Assembly: GCA_964545925.1 (NCBI GenBank)
Contig: CAZJHM010000001.1
Location: forward strand, 1-59,896
DNA: 59,896 nucleotides
Direction of reading: 5' to 3'
Source: an uncultured archaeon
Lineage (GTDB): Archaea > Iainarchaeota > Iainarchaeia > Iainarchaeales > CAZJHM01
How positions within the stretch are numbered: the first letter of the stretch is position 1; every line of letters starts with the position of its first letter. This document shows positions 48,804-57,638 of this stretch, piece by piece. The position numbers and the translations under genes are program-made. The notes under the pieces were generated by a model, which ran no database searches, was not told the DNA's origin, and was given only the letters and a program-made list of their open reading frames with translations.

Positions 48804-49482
48804 TATTGGTGTTATTCTTGCTGCTGGTTTAGGAGCAAGAATGAACTTAGGTTACAATAAAGCTCTTTTGGAAATTTATGGTAAGCCAGTTATCTACTAT
48901 ACTCTGGAATCTTTTGAAAAAAGCCAAATAGATGGAATTATTCTAGTTGTAAAAGAAGATGAAAAAGAAACAATGAAAGAAATAGTTGACAAATATGGAT
49001 TTAAAAAAGTCAAGAAGATTGTAGAAGGAGGAAAAAGAAGGCAAGACAGTTCTTTGAATGGAATAAAAGCTGCAAAAGAAATAAGGGGGAAAAATGTTTA
49101 TGTTCAAGATGGAGCAAGATGTTTGATAACTCCTGAGCAGATAAATGAAATGATAAAAATAATGGAAAAAGAAGAATGTTGCACAGCAGGAACAAAAGAA
49201 AAAAACACAATGAAAGAAGTAGATTCTGAGAAAAGAATTGTCAGGACTGTGCCAAGAGATAATTTAATGGAAATGCAAACTCCACAAGCTTCTCGAACTG
49301 ATTTACTATTAGAAGCATTTGAAAAATTGGGAGACAAAGATATAACAGATGAAAATATGGCTTTGGAAAATTTAGGCAAAAATCCTTTAGTTTATGATTC
49401 TGGTTCTGCAAATATCAAGATAACTGTTCAAGATGATATTCCAATTGCTGAGGCAATATTAAAGAGGCAGGGAAGATGTTAA
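48796..49482 (+). CDS. ispD: 2-C-methyl-D-erythritol 4-phosphate cytidylyltransferase
   Basis: GVILAAGLGARM N-terminus, GGKRRQDS, MQTPQ motif. Confidence 0.9.
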   Translation: MDNIGVILAAGLGARMNLGYNKALLEIYGKPVIYYTLESFEKSQIDGIILVVKEDEKETMKEIVDKYGFKKVKKIVEGGKRRQDSSLNGIKAAKEIRGKNVYVQDGARCLITPEQINEMIKIMEKEECCTAGTKEKNTMKEVDSEKRIVRTVPRDNLMEMQTPQASRTDLLLEAFEKLGDKDITDENMALENLGKNPLVYDSGSANIKITVQDDIPIAEAILKRQGRC

Positions 49483-49967
49483 TAGGATTAGGTGTAGATA
49501 GCCACAGATTTGAGGAACAAAAAACAAAACCTTTTGTTCTAGGAGGAGTGGAGTTTGACGAACCTTTGTCTATGAAAGCTAATAGTGATGGAGATTTAAT
49601 ATTACATGCTTTATGTAATGCAATTGGCTCCGCAATTGGAGAAGGAAGTCTTTCTAATTATGCTGATAAAATGTGCTTGGAACAAGGAATAAAAGACTCA
49701 AAAGAATATCTTAAATTTATTTTAAAAGAGGCAGAAAAAAAAGGATGGAAAGTAAAGCAGGTTGTTGTTTCTTTGGAGTGCAAGAAACCTAAGATTGAAG
49801 TCAAAAGAGAAAAAATTCAGGAATCTTTGGCTAAACTTTTAAATGTAAAAAAAGAAAAGATAGGGATTACTGCAACTTCAGGAGAAGGATTAACTGATGT
49901 GGGAAGAGGAGATGGAATCTATTGCATAGTAAATATTTTGATGGGGAGATTAAATGAAAACTCTTAA
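49476..49967 (+). CDS. ispF: 2-C-methyl-D-erythritol 2,4-cyclodiphosphate synthase (divergent)
   Basis: IGLGVDSHRF, SDGDLILHAL and GITATSGEGL..GRGDGI match IspF. The Zn-ligand His of AHSDGD is Asn here (ANSDGD), and the FPDTD loop is not recognisable. Confidence 0.8.
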   Translation: MLIGLGVDSHRFEEQKTKPFVLGGVEFDEPLSMKANSDGDLILHALCNAIGSAIGEGSLSNYADKMCLEQGIKDSKEYLKFILKEAEKKGWKVKQVVVSLECKKPKIEVKREKIQESLAKLLNVKKEKIGITATSGEGLTDVGRGDGIYCIVNILMGRLNENS

Positions 49968-50787
49968 TGCTTATGCTAAATTAAATTTATTATTAGACTT
50001 TTATGGGAAAAGAACAAATGGATATCATGAAGTTAATTTTGTAAATACTCCTATTTCTTTGGCAACTGAATTAAATGTAAAATATAATGATTCAGGAGAG
50101 ATTAGATTAAAGTCTGAAAACAATATTCCTTTAGATGAAAATAACTTTATACATAAGATAATCTCAAGAATAAAAGAAAACTACTCTTTAGATTTTGGAA
50201 TAGAAGTTGAAATTAAAAAAGGAAAAGAATTTGCTGGATTAGGAATTGGAAGTTCAGAAACTGCAAAAATACTAAATGAACTAAATGAAAAGTTTCAGTT
50301 GAAATTAATGGAATCAGAAAGAGCTGAATTAATTAAAGATATAACTTCAGATGGTTGTTTTTCAATCTATGAAAAACCAGCTGTTGTTAGAGGATTTGGA
50401 GAAAGAGTTTTTCCGCTCCGAAAAATAGAAATGCATGGAGTAGTTTTTGGAGTTCCTGCTGAAGTTCCTGAAAAGAAAACAAAATGGATGTATGGAAAAA
50501 TAACAAAAGAAATGTTTACTCCTGTTGATTGTTTGCCTATAGTAAAAGCTATAATGGAAAATAATTGGCAAGGAATAAAATCAAACTTGCATAATTTCTT
50601 TGAGAAACTGGATATTCCAGAATACAAAGAAAGTTTTGATTTAATAAAAGAACTAAGAAAAGACGGATATGGTTCAATATTGGCAGGTTCTGGCCCAACT
50701 GTTTTTGCTATTTGCAAAAACAAAGAACAAGCAGAAGAACTTTCCAATAAATATAAATATGATAGCAAAGTAATAGAGGCGGTGTAA
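49954..50787 (+). CDS. ispE: 4-diphosphocytidyl-2-C-methyl-D-erythritol kinase
   Basis: AYAKLNLLLDFYGKRTNGYHEV plus the GHMP loop GLGIGSSETA and GSGPTVFA. Confidence 0.88.
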   Translation: MKTLNAYAKLNLLLDFYGKRTNGYHEVNFVNTPISLATELNVKYNDSGEIRLKSENNIPLDENNFIHKIISRIKENYSLDFGIEVEIKKGKEFAGLGIGSSETAKILNELNEKFQLKLMESERAELIKDITSDGCFSIYEKPAVVRGFGERVFPLRKIEMHGVVFGVPAEVPEKKTKWMYGKITKEMFTPVDCLPIVKAIMENNWQGIKSNLHNFFEKLDIPEYKESFDLIKELRKDGYGSILAGSGPTVFAICKNKEQAEELSNKYKYDSKVIEAV

Positions 50788-51858
50788 ATGGAAATAAAAA
50801 GAAAAAAAACTAGACAAGTTTCAGTTGGAAAAGTTAAAGTTGGAGGTAATAGTCCAATAAGTGTGCAAAGTATGTGTGATACAAAAACACATGATGCAAA
50901 AGCAACTATTTCACAAATACATAGTCTGGAAGAAGTTGGATGTGAGATAATAAGAGTTGCTGTTCCTGATATGGAAGCTGCAAAAGCATTGAAAGAAATA
51001 AAAGAAAACATAAACATACCTTTGGTTGCAGATATACATTTTGATTATCGCTTAGCTTTGGAAAGTGCTAAGTATGTTGATAAAATAAGAATAAATCCTG
51101 GAAATATTGGAGATAAAGAAAAAACAAAAATGGTTGTAAATGATTGTAAAGAAAGAGGATTGCCTATAAGAATAGGAGTTAATTCTGGTTCTGTTGAACA
51201 AGACTTGTTGGAGAAATATGGACATCCAACTCCTGAGGCAATGGTTGAATCAGCTATGAAGCATGTTAAGATTCTGGAGGATTTAGATTTCCAAGACACA
51301 ATGATATCTGTAAAAGCAAGCAATGTTCCTGGAACAATTGATGCATATACAATTCTTTCAGAAAGAGTTGATTATCCTTTGCATGTGGGAGTAACAGAAG
51401 CAGGAACTGAATTTCAAGGAGCAATTAAATCCTCAGTTGGAATTGGATATTTGTTAGCAAATGGAATAGGAGATACAATAAGGGTTTCTTTAACTGGAGA
51501 TGTTGCGAAAGAAGTAGAAGCAGGATATGGGATTCTTAAATCTTTGAATCTAAGGACAAGAGGAGTGAATATAACCTCATGCCCAACCTGCGGAAGAACT
51601 CAGATAAACTTGGTTGCTTTAGCAAAAAAAGTTGAAGAACTAACCAAAGGAATAAAAGAGCCTGTTCATATTGCAGTAATGGGTTGTATAGTTAATGGAA
51701 TAGGAGAAGGAAAAGAAGCGGATATAGGAATAGCTGGAGGAAAAAATCAAGGAGTAATTTTCAAGAAAGGAGAGATAATAAGAAAGTGTGAAGAAAGTGA
51801 GTTATTAGATGCATTTATGGAAGAACTGGATAGGTTATTAGAAGAAAGAAAAAAGTAA
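50788..51858 (+). CDS. ispG: 4-hydroxy-3-methylbut-2-enyl diphosphate synthase (IspG/GcpE)
   Basis: RKKTRQVSVGKVKVGGNSPISVQSM, SCPTCGRT, MGCIVNGIGEG. Confidence 0.95.
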   Translation: MEIKRKKTRQVSVGKVKVGGNSPISVQSMCDTKTHDAKATISQIHSLEEVGCEIIRVAVPDMEAAKALKEIKENINIPLVADIHFDYRLALESAKYVDKIRINPGNIGDKEKTKMVVNDCKERGLPIRIGVNSGSVEQDLLEKYGHPTPEAMVESAMKHVKILEDLDFQDTMISVKASNVPGTIDAYTILSERVDYPLHVGVTEAGTEFQGAIKSSVGIGYLLANGIGDTIRVSLTGDVAKEVEAGYGILKSLNLRTRGVNITSCPTCGRTQINLVALAKKVEELTKGIKEPVHIAVMGCIVNGIGEGKEADIGIAGGKNQGVIFKKGEIIRKCEESELLDAFMEELDRLLEERKK

Positions 51859-51874
51859 AATAGAAGGTGGTAGT

Positions 51875-53692
51875 GTGATTCTGGATAAAATAGAAAGCCC
51901 TAAGGATGTCAAGAAATTGACTATTCCTGAAATGGAGCAATTAGCTCAAGAAATAAGAGAGGAAATGATTGCAAGTGTAACTAAAACTGGTGGGCATCTG
52001 GCTCCTAATCTGGGAGCAATTGAATCAATAATTGCTATGCATTTTGTTTATGATGTTCCTAAAGACAAAGTTATATTTGATGTTGGACATCAAGCTTATG
52101 CTCATAAAATGCTGACTGGAAGAAGAAAGCAAATGGGAAGTTTAAGACAGTTTAAAGGAATAGCTGGATTTTTGGAAAGAGAAGAAAGCCAGTATGATGT
52201 TTTTGGAGCTGGACATACATCTACTTCTATTAGTGCAGCAACTGGATTTGCAATTGCCAAGAAACTAAAAAAAGAAACAAATGAAGTTATTGCATATATA
52301 GGAGATGGAGCATTGACAGGAGGAATGGCTTATGAGGCTTTGAATTTTGCTGGACATCATAGATTGAATTTAACAGTTATATTAAACGACAATAAAATTA
52401 GTATATCCCCAAATGTTGGAGCAATGAGCAAACATCTAAAAAGATTAAGTGATATATCTGCAAATGGAAGAGTAGATGTTGAAACTATATTTGAAAAAAT
52501 GGGTTTTACTTATTTAGGCCCTATAGATGGACATAATATATCTGAATTAATTGCAATGCTGGAAGAAAGCAAAAAAATAAAGACACCTGTGATTATACAT
52601 ACCTTGACAAAAAAAGGAAAAGGATTGAAAGAAGCAGAGGAAGACCCAACCAAATATCATGGAGTATCTTGTATGGTTGGAGAAAAATCAGCTGGAAAAA
52701 AATCAATCAGTTATTCAAATGTGTTTGGAGAAACTTTATCAAAGTTTGCAGAAGAAGATGATAGTATAATAGGCATAACTGCTGCAATGGCAAATGGAAC
52801 AGGAATGATAAAATTTGCTGAAAAATTTCATGAAAGATTTTTTGATGTTGGAATTGCTGAACAACAAGCAGTAACTATGGCTGCTGGTTTAGCTGCTTCT
52901 GGATACAAAGCATGTCCAGCAATATATTCAACTTTTTTGCAAAGAGCATTTGACCAAATACAGCAAGATGTTGATTTGCAGAATTTACCTGTTAAATTTT
53001 TCATAGACAGAGCTGGATTGGTTGGAGAAGATGGAGCAACACATCATGGAACTTTGGATATTGCTTATTTGAGTATGCTTCCAAATATGACAGTAATGGC
53101 TCCAAAAGATTCATTTGAACTAAAAAGAATGATAAAAACATCTTTGAATTATGATAAAGGTCCAACTGCTGTTAGATATCCAAAAGGAGCATGTGAAAAA
53201 GAAGGAAAAGAAGAAGGAAAAATTGAGAATTTAGAAATAGGGAAAGCAGAAGTTTATTCAGAAGGTAGTGATTTAAATATTGTTTCTCTCGGAGCAATAA
53301 CTCCTATTGCTGATTCAGCTTTGGACAAGATAAATGGAAGTGTCGGATTAGTAAATGCAAGATTTGCAAAACCATTTGATGAAAACATGATTGAAAGATT
53401 AGCTAAAAAAGCTCCTCTTTTGATTATAGAAGAAGGAACAATTATCTCTGGTTTTTCAGCAAACATAGCTTTGCACTTGCAACAGAAAGGAATAGATGCC
53501 CAATTGAAAGTTTTAGCAATTCCTGATAGATATATAAGACATGCAACAAGAGAAGAACAACTGGATATGCTTGGATTTAATTCAGAGAATATTGCCAAAA
53601 TTTCAAATGAGATAATAAAAGGAAACTCTCCTTTGTTTGCACCAGAAGATTATAAAGAACTTGTTAGACAATATAATAACAAAGATAAGTGA
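51875..53692 (+). CDS. dxs: 1-deoxy-D-xylulose 5-phosphate synthase
   Basis: GGHLAPNLGAIE, DVGHQAYAHKMLTGR, GDGALTGGMAYEALN. GTG start preceded by AAGGTGG. Confidence 0.95.
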   Translation: MILDKIESPKDVKKLTIPEMEQLAQEIREEMIASVTKTGGHLAPNLGAIESIIAMHFVYDVPKDKVIFDVGHQAYAHKMLTGRRKQMGSLRQFKGIAGFLEREESQYDVFGAGHTSTSISAATGFAIAKKLKKETNEVIAYIGDGALTGGMAYEALNFAGHHRLNLTVILNDNKISISPNVGAMSKHLKRLSDISANGRVDVETIFEKMGFTYLGPIDGHNISELIAMLEESKKIKTPVIIHTLTKKGKGLKEAEEDPTKYHGVSCMVGEKSAGKKSISYSNVFGETLSKFAEEDDSIIGITAAMANGTGMIKFAEKFHERFFDVGIAEQQAVTMAAGLAASGYKACPAIYSTFLQRAFDQIQQDVDLQNLPVKFFIDRAGLVGEDGATHHGTLDIAYLSMLPNMTVMAPKDSFELKRMIKTSLNYDKGPTAVRYPKGACEKEGKEEGKIENLEIGKAEVYSEGSDLNIVSLGAITPIADSALDKINGSVGLVNARFAKPFDENMIERLAKKAPLLIIEEGTIISGFSANIALHLQQKGIDAQLKVLAIPDRYIRHATREEQLDMLGFNSENIAKISNEIIKGNSPLFAPEDYKELVRQYNNKDK

Positions 53693-53696
53693 TAAT

Positions 53697-55682
53697 ATGA
53701 TTGAAAAACTTTTTTATCCTAAAAGTATAGCTGTTGTGGGAACTTCAGAAAACCCTGCAAAAGTTGGTTATTCTGTTTTAAAAAACATAAAAGAAAGTTT
53801 CAAGGGGGAAGTTTATCCTGTAAATCCAAAAGCAGAAGAAATTCTTGGATTAAAAACTTACAAGTCTGTTTCTGATATTCCAGAAAGTTTTGATTTAGTT
53901 GTAATTATTGTCCCTGCTGCTTTTGTTTCTGAGGTTTTAAAAGAATCTGGTAAGAAAGGAGTAAAAGCAGGAATAGTAATAAGTGCTGGATTCAGGGAAA
54001 TTGGAAAACAAGGAGAAGAGTTGGAAAAACAAATAACTGAAATTGCAGAGAAATATAAGATAAGTTTGCTTGGTCCTAATTGTTTAGGACTTCTAAATTC
54101 AGACAATAAACTAAATGCAGCATTTGTGATTGATGGAATAAAAAAAGGAAAAACAGCATTTGTTTCTCAGAGTGGAGCTTTGTGCACAGCAATAATAGAC
54201 TGGGCACAAGAACAAGATTTTGGATTTAGTAAATTTGTAAGCATAGGGAATAAAGCAGTTTTAGATGAATCTGATTTATTAGAATATCTAAACAAAGACA
54301 AAGAAACAGAAGTTATATTGATGTATTTAGAAACAATAAAAAATGGAAAAAAGTTTATGAAAGAAGCCATGGAATCAGACAAGCCAATTGTTCTCTTAAA
54401 GGCAGGAAAAACAGATTATGGAAAAAAAGCTGCAATGAGTCATACAGGTTCAATGATATCAGGCAATGAGATTTACAAGGCAGTTTACAAGAAAACAGGA
54501 ATAATAGAAGCAGAGACAATAGAGGAAATGTTTGAGATATGCAAGCTTTTAATTGAAGGTAAAAAAGCAAAACCAAGAACATTAGGAATAATAACAAATG
54601 CAGGAGGAGTTGGAGTTATATCTGCAGATAGTGCATTTGGTGAAGGAATCTTGCTTCCAGAAATTGATTCTAAAAAAATCAAGGAAAAACTTCCAAGAGC
54701 TTCAGGAAACAATCCTTTGGATGTTATTGGGGATGCAAAATCTGAAGATTATAAAAAAGCAATTGAACTCTTTTTGGAGTCTGAGAAAATTGGTTCTTTG
54801 TTAATTTTATTGACTCCTCAGTCAGTGACTGAGATAGAAGAAACAGCCAAAGAAATAATAAAGGCAAGCAAAAAAAACAACAAGCCAATTGTTGCATGTT
54901 TCTTAGGGGGCAAAAGAGTTAAAGAAGCAAGAAAAATATTGTCTGAAAATAAAATTCCAAATTTTGATTTTCCTGAAAAAGCTGTAAAGGCAATTGCAGG
55001 ATTAATGAATGAGAAGAAAAAGTATTTTATACATAAAGGAGAAAAATTAAATTTAGAAGAACCAAAGTCTTTGGAAGAATCATTTAGATTATTGCAAAAG
55101 ATTGGAATCCCAGTTGCTAACTTTTGTACAGGAGGGAAAAAAGAGATAACAATAAGAGCAAGAAATTTCAGATATCCTTCTGTTTTAAAGTTTGATGCAA
55201 ATATAGCCCATAAAACTGAATATGGAATAGTCAAGATTATAAATAATGAAAAAGAATTTAATGAAGGAATTGAAAAAATGGAAAAAATAGTTAGAAAAAA
55301 CAAGTTAGAGGGAAAATATATTTTGCAGGAAAAAATAGAAGGAAAGTCAATAATTATTGGAGCAGTTAAAAATGAGAGTTTTGGGACAGTGGTAAATCTA
55401 GGAGCAGGGGGAATATATACAGAAGTCTTGAAAGACAATTCTCTTGCTTTAACTCCTTTGCCAAGAAATGAGATTAAAGAAATGCTTGAATCTTTGAAAA
55501 CATACAAACTATTAGAAGGAGTTAGAGGAGAAAAAGCAGTGGATATAAATTCTATTATAGAGATAACTGAAAAAATTGCTGAAGTAGTTGAAAATAGCAG
55601 GATAAAAGAGATGGAAATAAATCCAATAATTGTGAATGAAAAAGGAGCTTGGGCAGTTGATGCTTTATTTAAGTTTGAATAG
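53697..55682 (+). CDS. ADP-forming acetyl-CoA synthetase (fused alpha/beta, NDP-forming acyl-CoA synthetase family)
   Basis: SIAVVGTSENPAKVG CoA-binding motif, LLGPNCLGLLN, SHTGSM phosphohistidine loop, C-terminal ATP-grasp. ATG at 53697, 4 nt after the dxs stop. Confidence 0.88.
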   Translation: MIEKLFYPKSIAVVGTSENPAKVGYSVLKNIKESFKGEVYPVNPKAEEILGLKTYKSVSDIPESFDLVVIIVPAAFVSEVLKESGKKGVKAGIVISAGFREIGKQGEELEKQITEIAEKYKISLLGPNCLGLLNSDNKLNAAFVIDGIKKGKTAFVSQSGALCTAIIDWAQEQDFGFSKFVSIGNKAVLDESDLLEYLNKDKETEVILMYLETIKNGKKFMKEAMESDKPIVLLKAGKTDYGKKAAMSHTGSMISGNEIYKAVYKKTGIIEAETIEEMFEICKLLIEGKKAKPRTLGIITNAGGVGVISADSAFGEGILLPEIDSKKIKEKLPRASGNNPLDVIGDAKSEDYKKAIELFLESEKIGSLLILLTPQSVTEIEETAKEIIKASKKNNKPIVACFLGGKRVKEARKILSENKIPNFDFPEKAVKAIAGLMNEKKKYFIHKGEKLNLEEPKSLEESFRLLQKIGIPVANFCTGGKKEITIRARNFRYPSVLKFDANIAHKTEYGIVKIINNEKEFNEGIEKMEKIVRKNKLEGKYILQEKIEGKSIIIGAVKNESFGTVVNLGAGGIYTEVLKDNSLALTPLPRNEIKEMLESLKTYKLLEGVRGEKAVDINSIIEITEKIAEVVENSRIKEMEINPIIVNEKGAWAVDALFKFE

Positions 55683-55736
55683 AGTTCCAAAAACTTTTTA
55701 TAAAGTGTTTTATTTAATTAACTAACAGGTGAGCAA

Positions 55737-57011
55737 ATGAAAATCTCAGTTATCGGAGCAGGATATGTTGGATTAGTAACAGCAGCTGGTTTGTCTAAGA
55801 TTGGGCATACTGTTGTCTGCCAAGACATAGACAAAGAAAAGATTGCGGAATTGAAGAAAGGGCAGATGCCTATTTATGAAGAAGGATTAGAAGAGATAAT
55901 CAAAGATGAAATGAAAAAAGGAAGGATTGAATTTACTTTAGATTGTAAAGAAGCAATTGATAAAAGTGAGATAATATTTATTGCTGTTGGAACTCCTCCT
56001 TTGGATAGTGGAGAGACGGACTTAAGATACATAGAATCTGTTTCTAAAGAGATAGGGGGAAAAACAAAAGCAGATAAAACAATTGTGATTAAAAGTACTG
56101 TTCCTGTTGGAACTTCTAAAAAAGTCAAAGAATGGCTAGGGGAAAAGAATAAGTTTGAAGTTGTAAATAATCCTGAGTTTCTGAGAGAAGGAACAGCAAT
56201 AAAAGATTTTCTTGAACCAGACAGAATAGTTATTGGTGGTTCAGAGAAAGCTTGTTCTTTGCTAAAAGAAGTTTATGCTCCAATTGATTGTCCAGTCCTT
56301 TGCACAGATAATGAAAGTGCTGAGATAATCAAATATGCAAGCAATTCTTTTTTAGCAACCAAGATTTCCTTTATAAATTTGGTTTCTAGGTTATGCGAAA
56401 AGACAAGTGCAAATATAAAAGATGTAGCAAAAGGAGTTGGAATGGATAGCCGAATAGGCTCAAAATTTCTAATGGCTGGATTGGGATATGGAGGTTCCTG
56501 CTTTCCAAAAGATGTGGATTCTTTTATTTATACTGCTCGTGAAAAAGGTTTGGATTTTGGATTATTTGAGGAAACCCATAAAATAAACAAAGAACAAAGA
56601 ATTATGTTTTTTGAGAAAATTAAAAAAGAACTTGGAGATTTAAATGGAAAGAAAATTGCAGTTTTGGGATTAGCTTTCAAACCAAATACAGATGATATGC
56701 GAGAAGCTCCAAGTATAGATATTCTTAAGATGCTGAGAAAAGAAAAAGCTGAGATACATGCTTATGACCCAATTGCTGAAGAAAATGCCAAGAAAAGTAT
56801 TGATGGATTAAAGACATATCCAAATATATATGAAACTATGGATAATGCAGATGTTCTTGTAATACTTACTGATTGGGCTGAATTCAGAGAAATGGATTTC
56901 TCTAAGATTAAAAAATTATTGAAAAACCCTCTGATTATAGATGGAAGAAATATGTTTGAGAAAATTGAAGGATTTAGATATGTTTCAATAGGTAGAAAAA
57001 CCAAAGAATAG
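55737..57011 (+). CDS. ugd: UDP-glucose 6-dehydrogenase
   Basis: MKISVIGAGYVGLVTAAG, NPEFLREG, GGSCFPKD catalytic Cys motif. Confidence 0.94.
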   Translation: MKISVIGAGYVGLVTAAGLSKIGHTVVCQDIDKEKIAELKKGQMPIYEEGLEEIIKDEMKKGRIEFTLDCKEAIDKSEIIFIAVGTPPLDSGETDLRYIESVSKEIGGKTKADKTIVIKSTVPVGTSKKVKEWLGEKNKFEVVNNPEFLREGTAIKDFLEPDRIVIGGSEKACSLLKEVYAPIDCPVLCTDNESAEIIKYASNSFLATKISFINLVSRLCEKTSANIKDVAKGVGMDSRIGSKFLMAGLGYGGSCFPKDVDSFIYTAREKGLDFGLFEETHKINKEQRIMFFEKIKKELGDLNGKKIAVLGLAFKPNTDDMREAPSIDILKMLRKEKAEIHAYDPIAEENAKKSIDGLKTYPNIYETMDNADVLVILTDWAEFREMDFSKIKKLLKNPLIIDGRNMFEKIEGFRYVSIGRKTKE

Positions 57012-57031
57012 TTTTTTATTAAATCTTTTTT
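57012..57031 (+). terminator. oligo-T terminator candidate after ugd
   Basis: TTTTTT at 57012-57017 and again at 57026-57031, directly after the TAG stop. Confidence 0.45.
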
Positions 57032-57041
57032 ATAATAGATA

Positions 57042-57638
57042 ATGGGATTATTGAAATGGTTATTTTCAATTGGAATAAAAGAAAAAAGAATTGAAAACTT
57101 ACGAAAGACAAGAAATGTTCTTTTAGAAACAGTTAAAGAAATGGAAAAAGAGGCAAAGACTGATATTGAAAAAAGATATTATAAAGAAATGGTTAAGAGC
57201 ATAGAAAATACTCCTGTATTTTTTGTGCCTGGAAAGGTTCTTTCTGCTAGAAAAACTAATCAAGGAACAAGTGCAATAATGGGAGGAAATGTGGTTAAAG
57301 TTTTCTTTGAAAAACAAAAAGGATTAGTAAGACAAAATTATATTGTTCTTCCATCTAAACATCTTTTTGAAGGAAGTAAGTTGAGCAAACAAGGATTACT
57401 TACTTTATTGCATGAATATGGGCATCTTCAAGGTAATGCTGGAGAAAGAATTGCAGATGCTTTAATGTTAAACATAGGGCTCAGACTTGGGCTCCCAAAA
57501 GAAAGTGTACTAAGGCATTTTAGTGGCAGACATGAAATATTAGGGCAAGCATATCCATTATACATAAAAAAGATTTTAGAATCAAGAAAACCCAAAAAAC
57601 AAACACCTTTTGTTCCTAAACAAAGAAAAATAGTTTAA
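57042..57638 (+). CDS. hypothetical protein with HExxH motif (putative zinc metallopeptidase)
   Basis: LLHEYGHLQG is the only recognisable motif; 198 aa. Confidence 0.45.
   Translation: MGLLKWLFSIGIKEKRIENLRKTRNVLLETVKEMEKEAKTDIEKRYYKEMVKSIENTPVFFVPGKVLSARKTNQGTSAIMGGNVVKVFFEKQKGLVRQNYIVLPSKHLFEGSKLSKQGLLTLLHEYGHLQGNAGERIADALMLNIGLRLGLPKESVLRHFSGRHEILGQAYPLYIKKILESRKPKKQTPFVPKQRKIV

Noticed and set aside
50367-51017. 216-aa ORF antisense to ispE/ispG
   Set aside because: This is a shadow ORF with low-complexity hydrophobic composition. The sense strand encodes well-supported IspE and IspG.
54818-55690. 290-aa ORF antisense to the acetyl-CoA synthetase gene
   Set aside because: This is a shadow ORF. 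Its extreme F/S/I/L-rich composition is the complement of the K/E-rich sense codons, while the sense strand has clear ACD motifs.
45200-55740. Mobile-element hallmarks (integrase, transposase, flanking direct repeats, tRNA target) around the MEP block
   Set aside because: None was seen. No such ORFs occur in any frame, and the only tRNA in the window is at 16.5 kb inside the ribosomal cluster. The composition looks host-like by eye.
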